DNA from: Trichoplax adhaerens
Lineage: Eukaryota > Animalia > Placozoa
DNA: 64,000 bases
Assembly (NCBI RefSeq): GCF_000150275.1
Contig: NW_002060951.1
Span: 401,088-465,087 of the forward strand
Direction of reading: 5' to 3'
In this document: positions 15,030 to 28,632 of the stretch, piece after piece
Position numbering within the stretch: the stretch's first letter is position 1
Layout of the letters: each line of letters opens with the position of its first letter
The notes under the pieces: model-generated
Database searches by the model: none
What the model was told of the DNA's origin: nothing
Seen by the model: only the letters and a program-made list of their open reading frames with translations
Translations under genes and position numbers: made by a program

Positions 15030-15895
15030 CATTGTACGGTGCAATGTACTGAATAGTACCGTATGTCATCAAGTACTGTACACTGTACAGCACTTGCATT
15101 GCTGAAGCAGTCAGCCTTCGTCAGCCTTATGACCCATGACGAAATCTACAGTACTTTCACCTTTTGAACTGAACTGCAGGTGAAAATGTTATACTGTAGT
15201 GTACTGTACAGTACTGTATTACTCTATACAAGCATCGCCAATGTCACTCCAAGCTCCCCTTAGTAGACTTGACTGAGCACTTGTACCATGGACAATTGAG
15301 TCATCCGTAGCCGACTCATGGTGACTACAGTACAGTGTACAGTACAGTGTACTGTACTGTACTGTAGTCACCTTGGTTCTTTTTTTACAGGCGTACCGTA
15401 CAGTACAGTATAGTACAGTATGCAGTGTACAGTACTTTACTGTACTGTACTGTACTGTACACTGTACACTGTACAGGATGGTCAATAGTCAGTCCTTTGT
15501 CTTCAAATAGTACTAGTGCAAACTCCCGTCGCTTTGCTGACGGTTTACGATAATGTGCTCATTTAACAGATAGTACAGTATTACCATTTGATAGACCTGT
15601 CAGAGTTTACAGTACTTTACTGTACACTGTACAGTAAAGTACTGTACGCACATTACAGTATACAGTGTACTGTACTGTACACTGTACAGTACTGTACAGT
15701 ACTGTATTCCGCGGAATAATTTTCCACGGGTTTCGCTAGTACAGTACAGTGTACTGTACACTACAGTACAATAACTAGAAAATGATACTGTACTCACTAC
15801 TGTACTGTACTCTCACTCATGTGCACTGATACAGTACGGCACACAGTCCAGTGCAGCTAATTTATAATACTGTATTTTGTACTGTGTACTTGCAT
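15030..15895. promoter_or_regulatory. TACAG/CTGTA pentamer-rich array in the OMA1/CAAP1 divergent promoter region
   Basis: Dense runs of tacag, ctgta and tacagtg that switch orientation repeatedly, ending about 25 bp before the CAAP1 ATG. The repeat is directly visible; the promoter role is inferred from position. Confidence 0.7.
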
Positions 15896-15920
15896 ACTCT
15901 CCGATTTGGAAAATTCAAGA

Positions 15921-17840
15921 ATGAGTGAACATGAATCATACGGGGAGAATCGATCTTCAAAAAGGCGAAAAAGGAAAGAAAAGAAAAAGTTAGAGTTAAT
16001 TTAAAGTTAAACTAAGCGTCAATAGTGATATTCGTACCACTTTGCATGAGCATTTTGGGATTTCAATCACTGATAGAGAACGTACTGTACTCTACACTTA
16101 TACAGTTCTGATCAACAGCTCGAGCAAACATCCCCACCGCTTCTCCTTGCTTCATTTCTAAATTTGTTTTGTCTGCAACTTTCCTTAGGATGAATATTAA
16201 AATTTTCGCATGACATGATCTGCTTGACATATCGAGATTCATAAATCGCATTTCTATATTTGTTCCATTCTGCATGCATAGCTACTGGCTATCTTATATG
16301 ATTATTATTATTATTTATGAATAGAGTTTACTGCAAAGCTCTACAGTATATATATATTAATATATACTAACTAAATACAGCACAGCGAATTACGTACTGT
16401 ACTGTATGTAAGCCATCGACAGTATGATTTATATTTATTTATATATAGTACGCGTATAATCAATATACGTAATCAGCCAAAATAAATCTAGGCTATGGAA
16501 ACTTGAATACACGTATGTGATATGCGATACTGCCTCTTAGTGGTCTTTCGTGATCTTGTATTCTGGAATTCAGCACTGTACCCTACAGTAGTTCTAGATC
16601 GTGACTGGTGATTAGACTTGATCTTTGTTATTCTGTAATACGTATAATGTCTTTGCAAAATTGCTGTGTGAATACTACTACTGCTAATAAAAAAAGTACA
16701 AGTTGAATAGTGTAAATCATTTTACGTTTTTGCAACTATATCATACAGTACTTTCTACTAAACTGAATATGATTTTTTTGGAAAACTTGTTCCTAGTGGA
16801 TCGCTAACGATAGAAATGCTATTAATTTTATTTTATTCTAGGTCTAAACATAGAAAAGTAAAAAAGAAGAAGTATAGCGCTGAATCACGTAGTCCTTCAC
16901 TATCGCTATCATCTCAATCACCGTCAATATCAGAATCTGAATTAGCAAATGATTATCATTCCAGAGTTTTACCGGTGGAGGAACAAATAAATAATTTTCG
17001 AGAGCTTAGAAGTTATTACAATGACAGGGAGCAATTGTTAAGCCTAGCTATCGATCACTTAAATAATGAATTTGAAGATATAATACCTGAAATTTTACGG
17101 GTATGCCGTCATTTCTATATACGTATACAGTCATAGATAGCTGTAATCAGTATATTAGACTGTTCTGAAACCCTAAAAATTGAAATTTTCTTTACTCCTT
17201 TGTGCCGCATCGAAGTAGTCATACTTCTGAAAATGGTAGCAATTTTTAACGGTTCCTCTAGTTTACAGAATATTTTGTAATAACTATTACTAATGAAGAT
17301 AATTTAATAATTTAATTTATGTAATAGTATGCTAGTCGATGTTCAGGTATCGTTTTCATCACTAAAGTACGAGTATCTTTGAATTTTTGTTATTATCAGG
17401 AAATTGGTCTGGATGAACTTAAGGCTATGTGTCTATCGGAACTATCGACATTAAAGTCTAATACTTTACGAGACATTTTGGGAATGGAAAGAGCAAGTTC
17501 CGATGACGAGGATTTACAAATGCGAGAAGAAGAATTACAACAGTGTCAATCTAGCGACCAAGATATTAGTAGTTCTGCGAGTGTAGACAAGGAAGTCCAA
17601 ATAGATGGTAACACTCTTGCTGATACTGACGCCACTGCAGTCACTGAAGATATTCAAATAGCCGACAAAAATCCAAACTCAAGCAATCAACAGGGATCCA
17701 CATCAACGGTTACCGATATACCTGATCGTACCGATTCAACAAGTGATGACTCCGGCTCAGATAATGAGGTGTTGGAAAGAAAATTAAGAGAAAAATTATT
17801 AAGGTCTTTACTGGAAAATAAAAAAAAGCGAAAATGCTAG
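15921..17840 (+). CDS. CAAP1: Caspase activity and apoptosis inhibitor 1 (CAAP1)-like protein
   Basis: Exons 15921-15988, 16842-17100 and 17400-17840 with GT-AG and matching phases. Core LRSYYNDREQLL...IIPEILREIGLDELKAMCLSELSTL...LRDILG resembles the CAAP1 domain. Basic N-terminus; C-terminal helix LERKLREKLLRSLL. Confidence 0.72.
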
Positions 17841-20800
17841 TCCGGCATTTAGACTCAAATGTGGATCTAATTCAGTACTGCCTGTTGTATAGTATTTGTT
17901 ACACAGTTACGCTAGTTTGTCCTATTTTTTACACTGACTCTGATCAGTATGGCAACATGCTACACGTTTGTATCAAAAGTTTCTTTTCGTGTATTGATGT
18001 TGATGTAGTTTTTCGTGCCGACTAATTGGCATGCTTCAAAGTGTACAGCACAGGTCTGCGAAATACTTGTATGTTATTATTCGGATGTATACTGCCGAGT
18101 GTACACTTGTACAGTTAGTAATCCATATATTATCATGTAAGTATTTTAGTCTTTTGTTAATTGTAAGTTAATGTTTTTTCAAGACAGTTGTAAATGTCTT
18201 AAGAACCTTTCATTAGGAATTTCTACCGAAACAAGAAATGATTTAATTTAATAACTTGTTCATGAAAGTAACCGCTTTATTGTTTGAAGAATTATACAAT
18301 ATAATAACAAATTTATCTCAATACAGATCTAAGATAATGTGAGCGGAAGATGCATGATATACTTTCAATATAATCGCTTTTCTGTTAGTAAATCATTTTT
18401 AAATAGATACCATGAGCTGTATCATGCTTGTATGCAGTAGGCTACCTCTTTAGGAATTACTTCGTGTTATTTAGGTTGCGAATGATAGCAATTCAATTCT
18501 TATGTCGAGAATTTATGTATTTATTGGGGGCAAAGGCAGGATGAAGTTGTTATTGCACGAGTATTTAATTACTGTAATTTCTCATTGCACGATCAAGACA
18601 TCTCTGCAGCATACGCAATTTGAGTCTGCGGCTAAAGGTCGTATCAATGGAAAGTAGTCATTTGAAGAGGAGATAATTTACCTAACTTAAAAAGGTCTAC
18701 ATTTCTCAATTTATTTTAAACCCTGCTGTTGCCCGCTGTGATATTTACAATAGAATTTAGACTAGTAAATAAGTACGAATTAGTAAGATGTGCCTCGAGC
18801 TTTAAGGCTGTGAACTATAGTAAATCCACTATTTTTCCGCATCGAGCCTTCAGATTAATTTCTCCTTGCTTGGTTGTAACGATTCACCAATAGGTAAGGC
18901 AAATACGTGTACTGAAAACGAATTATAATTATGATTAGACGTTGGATACAAAATCAGTTGAGAATTCAGCGGCATTTTGGAGCGGAAATTGTAAAATATT
19001 AAATCACGTTAAACAATTTATGCTTATTTCCATGATTGAGATACAGTAAGAACTACTTGAATATCGCAATGTTTAGAAAGGTTCAAAGCAATTTCGAAAA
19101 GATGCATTAATAAGTACGTCAGATAGAAAATGCTATGTCAATAGTTATGGGAATAAAAACCAAAATTTAATTACACCTAAAGTTAAATAACGAGAAGTCG
19201 CTATGAAAGGAACGCGATCAAATGCATTAATATTCATCGAAATGGTTATTATTAGCAAAATTCAGCTAAAAATATGTGCAACGTTTGGTCAAATGTTAGG
19301 AATAGTACAATTAATGAAATCAAAGAAATCTTTTGACACCTTTAGATTTCAATTATCCTTCTAAGCAATAAATCGCGGTAGTTTATCCGTTGTATGCAAG
19401 AAATCAAAGAGTCAACGCTGGCATTTCTCAGCAATATATTTTGTCCATGATTCGCGATGACTACACTATTCGCACTTGCTCTTTATGTGTCGTACATACT
19501 GCTTACATTTTAAATACAGATTGTGGCTGTGTTAACCTCAACATCTCCGTAAATGAAATTACCTTATAAAGGTACGGTAATCCGTAAGGTACTGTACATC
19601 ACGAAATTTTAGTGTTTAATACCGTGATGTTAATATTTTTAACAGAACGACGTTGATAGCTATAACAGAATGCAGTAACGTAAATATTTTAGAAGGACTT
19701 CTATCGAAACTGATAAGGATGCTGCAAAATCTTAGGAACACAGTTATAACATCGCTATGGGCGTTCTTCACTGGATAACACGAGTACTGTAAGTATAGTA
19801 CAGTGTACATACTGTACACTGGACGACGAACGTTGTAATGCAGAAACAGAAATCTACTGTACTTGGGCTAATTGCCATTACGTTTCTATGTACGGTCCAT
19901 CGTTATATTATAATTATATATTAATTATTATTAATGCAGTAGCATCCAAATATTAAAATAGATTCTCTAAATAAAATTATAATAATTATTAATTAATTTC
20001 CTTAATGTATCCACTTTTAATAGGTGATACATACGTATAACTCAGGACCGCGCTGTACAAAAGTGCATGTACACTGTAAATGTACCATGGACTTCTAAAG
20101 AGAATTTTCTCTCAGAAGTCCCTAACTGTCGTGTACTGTACTTTAATTCTCTTATAAATAGACAACAACACTTTAAAGTCAATCGCACTATTTCATCTGG
20201 GGGCAAATAATAATATAGGACGTCGAAATGAAATGAATTAAACTAATTAATTAACTTAGAGAATTTATCGATTTTATGTCTTCCTACATTTGCAAATTGC
20301 AAAACTTATAATGGAGGATAAGGCATAATGTCGTTTAGAGTAATAAGAGGTCAATAAAATATTTCGATATAGTTGAGATCGATAATTGTAAATTTAAACC
20401 AGTATTGGGTAACGAAAGGAAATGATAAGCAAGGTGCGATGGATGCGCAATTTTAGTCATTATATTGCATGCTAATCAACAATTCAGCACGGGGCTCAAT
20501 CATAACAGAATAAACCAAATATTACCAAATTTACAGAAACACATTACAATTCAAAGATTGCATAACAGATTCAAAATATTGGACAACAGAAAAGTTAAAT
20601 GTATAAAGGAAAAGCACTTTCTACGCGCTAGACAATTCCAATCACGATACAGCACTAATTATACTCCTGCTAAGGAATGCAGGAAAATTCGTAACTATCA
20701 AACGTAAGTTAAAATAACGATTAGAGATTACCGATGTAGAACGAATAATGCCTACGATAAATTATAAATTATAGAGTATAATTAATGTCACAAATGATGA

Positions 20801-21237
20801 AAGATAAAAAATAAAATAAAATTAGCCTTTCGATGGTCAATAATAATTAATTAATCGATGGACTGATAGTATGTTGACGTTCAACTGCAGCAGCGTCGTT
20901 GGCAGAGCTACAGTACTCGATAGCAAGTTTCGATCAGCATCCATTAGTTTTACCAGTCATGCTAGCAAAATATATTCGCGATGGAGCATCTACTAGCTCA
21001 CGTCAGCTTTATAATATATCGTGAATAGCCGGCTAGTGACTAGAGCATAGGGTACCGATATTTTTACGTAGATAATTAACATCGAATATGACACTGTCTG
21101 CAGAAATGAGGACATAAATTATATTAAGGCTGCCTAAAACTTAGTCCTGTAAAGTACTGTGTACGTGTGTAGTTCTCTGTAACTCGAATAACTTTTCTCC
21201 AGTATTAAATTATAAGGTTAATTAATAACGATTTGCA

Positions 21238-23498
<2,261 letters not shown>

Positions 23499-23582
23499 TC
23501 AATCGTACGAGAAATTAATTCCAAATGTTGGTCCAAAGATTTGAGCTTTTACTTGCTGATACAGTGACATGCAATCACCTAT

Positions 23583-23762
23583 ATACTGTACACAGTGTAC
23601 AGTACAGTACTGTAACACAGCTCAGCTTCAGTACAGTGTACTGTATGCTATACAGTCTTGAACAGTGCAGTACTGTACAGTATACAGTAGTACAGTACAG
23701 TACTGTATCCTACAGTGCGAAGAAATCCATTGTACTGTACTGTACCGTACTGTACTGTACTA
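23583..23762. promoter_or_regulatory. TACAG/CTGTA array in the ELAV/METTL4 divergent promoter region
   Basis: Runs such as tacagtacagtactgta and (tgtac)n about 100-280 bp upstream of the ELAV ATG. Role inferred from position. Confidence 0.7.
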
Positions 23763-24106
23763 ACAAAAGATTAGCACGTCTCTCGCTGAGGGTCCGTTTA
23801 AGGACCACTAGGAAGCCTAGTGGACTATGCTACTATGCAAATGATGCTTCCACCTTGAATACACTGAAGTTGCTGCGGACTTTACTTTTGCGTTTTGGCA
23901 TCGTTTGCAGATCTCTAGCTCGAGCTATACCTAGTTGCATCGAAAGTGATTGAAAACCGATCCAACAACAGTGGTGCATGCGACTTTAAATAAATAAATT
24001 TGGTAACGGCTGGCATTTACTGGTTTCTTTCGTTGTTGCCACTCCAAGATGCTAACACAACCCAGCATTTATTTCTATTAGCAGTCTCTGTACGTTACTC
24101 ATAAAT

Positions 24107-26781
24107 CTGGCTGTTATTGCTGGCCATCCATCTGGGTGGCTAATTAGCCATAAGAAAGCCGTTGATGATGCATTTGCGTTGCATACAGTTTTAGCGTATG
24201 ATTCGCAACAAAATGTATGCACTGATATAGGCAAATATTCCTATCTGGATATTCTGTTTGATTTACGGAAACCTCGCATTCCTGCCAATAGAAACTTGGG
24301 TAGTGACCCTACAATACCAAAGGTACAGTTCTTTTTTTATGGTGTCTTGCTGAAACTGTACTGTATGATTGCTTAATAGCACTTTATGCTATTATTAATC
24401 GTAAATACTAGTAGAACTCTCGCTCGTGATACTTTACGTACTGTACTAGTACTTTTACTTTACATCATCTCGTGTGCAGTGTATGTATATAATTTTCATA
24501 AAAATATAATAAATACTGTCATTAATTACTAATGATTACGGAATTATTGTCTTATTATTCTTTATACAAGAAAAAGAAACGTAAGAGGAAGGCACCTGTA
24601 AACATTGGAGAGCTTCAACAGCTACAGTATCATAAGAAGGTATGAAATATGCGTTATAGAATATGGACTGTTTAGCTTAATATATGACGTAAGCCATTAA
24701 TTTAATGTGAATCTGTGCTAGGCAAGTTTTGCTCTAAAATTTAAAAGTTTATTCTATTTTTTGATTACTTATTGATAAAGGCGATAATTACTCTACCAAA
24801 TCGTGTAGTTAGCCGTGAATTGATTATTTCTTAGCCGCTTAACTAAATTGTGGCGTGTGCTTTCAAGAATTCAGCGACAATTATAGCATAAGTGTAAAAC
24901 TTATAATTATTACTGTATTTATTTTATAGGTTAGGAATTGCATCGTTGCGAGCTATCGACAAATATTGGATTCTAGTTTAATAACCGGTTATTTTCTGGA
25001 AGGTGGAAATATGCGTAATAATACTGAATCTTTCAACTCTGAGGGGGAGTTACAACAACATACACTTTTACCATCAGGTATAACCACAATATTCGTTGCC
25101 ATTTATTGCGTGTTTAGTATTCGCCTAAATCGGTTGAGATGCGCTAGACTACTCAGTTTTTTTTAATTGTTGTATATTAAAATAAGCAGATACTTTCAAT
25201 ATTTGTAGAGGGATCTTCATGCCTATTATCACAATTATGCAGCTTATCGAAAATTACTACTAATGTTGACGATTGCAATCCTTTCTTAGTAACTGAGAAA
25301 AATATTTGTAAGTTTCTTAAACTGATATAAGAGATCATATAAGGTGTAAGATTGCATGTTATTAGCTATGTTTAGCTTGATATTATTTATTTTTCTTACT
25401 ATTTCTATTTTAGGCAAAATTTCAAACCCGAATTTTTATGCGTTTAATCGGCTAATTAAGAATACTCTCCTTCAGCCGATTGCCATTGAAGTAGCCGGTG
25501 GAAAATACTTTGTACCGCCGAAAAGCAAATTTGTAATGTCAGATATTTCTTGTCTGGATGCTTTACTGAAAGGCAAGTATATGACTATAGCTACTGTATT
25601 TATCACTTGTTACTGTTACCAAGACTTTGTAAGTATAAATGTAAGTACTGCCAGTACTGCTATTGCTATATGATGTAGAAATAGCTTATGTATGTTACTT
25701 CTCAGTATAGGATTTGTTTACTTTAATCGTCATGCTTCGTTCCTTTAGCAAAGCCTAAAGATGGTTATGACTTGATAGTAATCGATCCTCCTTGGGAAAA
25801 TAAGTCAGCTAAGAGAGGCAGTCAGTATGTAGCGTGATGTGATCAAAATTACAACTTTAACTAAGTGTGATTTGAAAGCAAAGAATTGCTTGCTGTTAAC
25901 TACCTTAAAATGACTATGTTTATAGATATCATTGGTTAACGACCGATCAGTTACTTCAGTTACCCATCACAGAATTACTGGCCAGACATGGACTTGTCGT
26001 GGTATGGATTACTAACAAACAGAAATTGTTAAGGGATGTCAGAGATGTATTGTTTCGAGAATGGAAATTAATTGAAATAGGAGAATGGCATTGGATTAAG
26101 GCATGAAGGATAAGAATTCTGCGCTTTAAATTAGAAAGTAAAATTATAAAAATGCTTACTTTCTTATTTTTTTCTGTTAGCTGACAACTGGCGGTGAATT
26201 TGTATATGATCTCGACTCTAGTCACAAGAAACCATATGAAATTTTGCTGATTGGGGTGAAATCAGGGCTATCTGAAGATCTCCCAAGTGCATGTAGTTCA
26301 GAGTTACCTGAAAGTATTGCCGCTTTTCCTAAACATAACGTTATTTGCAGTATCCCATCATTGGTTCATTCACATAAGCCTCCTCTTGATGGTAAATCGA
26401 TCGGTTTAATTTATACTATTACTAGAAATTTCTAAACGAGTACAAGCTCGATTTTGGATGCCTTTCATATGATTAGTATCCATTTTAGATTTGAAAATAT
26501 TTTACTGCAGGTATATTCGCTCGTTTTATCCGTGAACAACCTAACTGCTTGGAAATGTTTGCTAGGAGTTTGATTCCTCATTGGACAAGTTGGGGAAATG
26601 AGGTCTGTGATTCTAAAAAAATTTTATATTATTTAATGTGGCAAACGTTCTTGATTCGTCCTTAGAGCTAGTACCAACTTTTGTTAAGTTTTAGTTAGGC
26701 TGTATTGGTTGTAATAAAGTTTAAATTCTCTTGTAGGTCCTTAAATTGCAGAATTCAGTATACTTCAAGAAAATACTGTAG
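24107..26781 (+). CDS. METTL4: MT-A70 family N6-adenine methyltransferase METTL4; apparent CTG start
   Basis: Exons 24107-24322, 24571-24639, 24930-25077, 25209-25307, 25414-25572, 25749-25824, 25926-26100, 26181-26391, 26511-26602, 26737-26781. Motifs: DLIVIDPPWENKS (DPPW), WITN, WHWIKLTTGGEF...SHKKPYE, HSHKPPL, LEMFARSL..WTSWGNEVLK. The start codon is the uncertain part. Confidence 0.92.
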
Positions 26782-27867
26782 TTTTTCATTAGGAGAAGGC
26801 TGGATAGAATTATGTAACTACCAATAAGGATCCTTTCATTGAAATTGGACGAGGATTGTTTATTAATCTATATCTATCTGATCTGATACCTTACTGTAAA
26901 TACTGTAGATTACTAAATTATTGATAATACCAAATTCTGCCCTCTTTTTAGCTTTCCAAGAAAGAATGATGAGTTGTGTAAAGTTATTAACACACTTGAA
27001 TTGCTTATCAAGCGTTAAGAGATTCTTATGACTGTACTGTATATTATCCTGTTCTGCGTATGAGACATCACTGTACTTTTAAATCGCTTTTCTGATACTG
27101 TCATATCGTAATTTCGGTGGTACAGTGATTTACTACTGTAACTGTATCTTATTCTATGGCATGGGTCTACTGTATTGTGAACTTCTTGCTCTGTTGCGCT
27201 CGAGATGAAGAACAGTTAGTTTATGTACAACATATCTTCATTGGCTGATCGCTTCAAAAGTGATTCACGGAAGAAGATTGAAATCGATATACATTATTCA
27301 AGTGTAATAAACTGCGCAGTAATTTTCTGTGCATTGCTCTAGAAAGCAAATCAACTCTATCTTCATAATGATTTCGAAAATTTTTTTCTCCAGCAAATGG
27401 AAATTGCCAAACTCTATCTGATGCTAGAGTATAGTCAAGGAAAATTGACTGCATATCCTTGTGAATTATGGCGCATTTATTGGTATTTGTAGTTTGTACT
27501 GTAGTGAAATATTAAAACATTGCAACTGTCAAGAATTACTAGATACTTTGCCAGTAAGGTATCTAGTCCGCTGCAGAAGTACAGTGAGGTCAAACTTTCT
27601 TTTAAATGGTGTAAATCTGACTCTTTCAAAAGGAGAGTCTGTTGCAACTTTAAATTGCTATCCTAGCTCGCGCGGTTTGCTTTTGAGTTAGGATAAAATA
27701 GGGAAAAGCTCTTTTACACCTTTCTCTATCCCTTTCATAATGTGTCTTTAATGCAGTTAAAATATTATATTTGCTGTTAATATTAAAAAAAATAAATACT
27801 TGGTGTTTACGTCATCGTTTGAATGCTTAAGATTACTTAGGATTGTACACCTGTCGATTGTTTGCTT

Positions 27868-27935
27868 CAGTACTATACTGTACAGTACAGTACAGTACAG
27901 TGCTGTACTGTAGACTGTGTACTGTACACTGTACG
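27868..27935. promoter_or_regulatory. TACAG/CTGTA array upstream of RANBP3
   Basis: (tacag)4 followed by ctgta-type runs, directly before the triplicated ~180-bp unit. Confidence 0.6.
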
Positions 27936-28001
27936 GATTCGCGCCTGGCCATAGCAATCTGACGTTGCCCGCCGTTACTGTATTCCAGTAACTCATCCAG
28001 T

Positions 28002-28538
28002 ACTACTAATGTGCTCATACATATAATATTGTATGATACTGAACTGTACAGTACATTACATGTGAAGCTGGGGTAGTGGAGGAGTCTAAGATTGTACCGT
28101 AGTCTGTCCGGCAGTAAATAAAAGCGCGACGCGCAAGCTAACAGTAGTAGTCTTACCATTGTACAGGAAAGGCAATTCCACTACTAATGTACTCATACAT
28201 ATCATACTGCATGATACTGAAGTGTACATTACATGTGAAGCTGGTATAGTGGAGGAGTCTAAGATTGTACCGTAGTCTGTCCGGCAGTAAATAAAAGCGC
28301 GACTCGCAAGCTACAGTAGTACAGTACAGTACAGGTAGTCTTACCATTGTACAGGAAAGGCAATCCCACTACTAATGTACTCATACATATCATATTGTAT
28401 GATACTGAAGTGTACATTACATGTGAAGCTGGTATAGTGGAGGAGTCTAAGATTGTACCGTAGTCTGTCCGGCAGTAAATAAAAGCGCGACTCGCAAGCT
28501 ACAGCAGTTAGTCTTACCATTGTACTGGAAAGGCAATT
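28002..28538. repeat. Three tandem copies of a ~170-190-bp unit upstream of RANBP3
   Basis: Copies start at 28002, 28180 and 28368 (actactaatgt...gtggaggagtctaagattgtaccgtagtctgtccggcagtaaataaaagcgcgac...gtcttaccattgtac(a/t)ggaaaggcaat). Confidence 0.95.
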
Positions 28539-28632
28539 AAGGCAATTTGCTTCTTATTCATACACAGTGTGTTTATGTCCAGGAGCTATACGACGAGGCT
28601 CGCAATTGAAAGTAAAAAATTTCCTTGATAAA

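Noticed and set aside
28002-28538. Tandem snRNA, snoRNA or hammerhead ribozyme genes
   Set aside because: No Sm site, C/D box pair or CUGAnGA...GAAA core was identified by eye; an Rfam search would be needed to exclude them fully.
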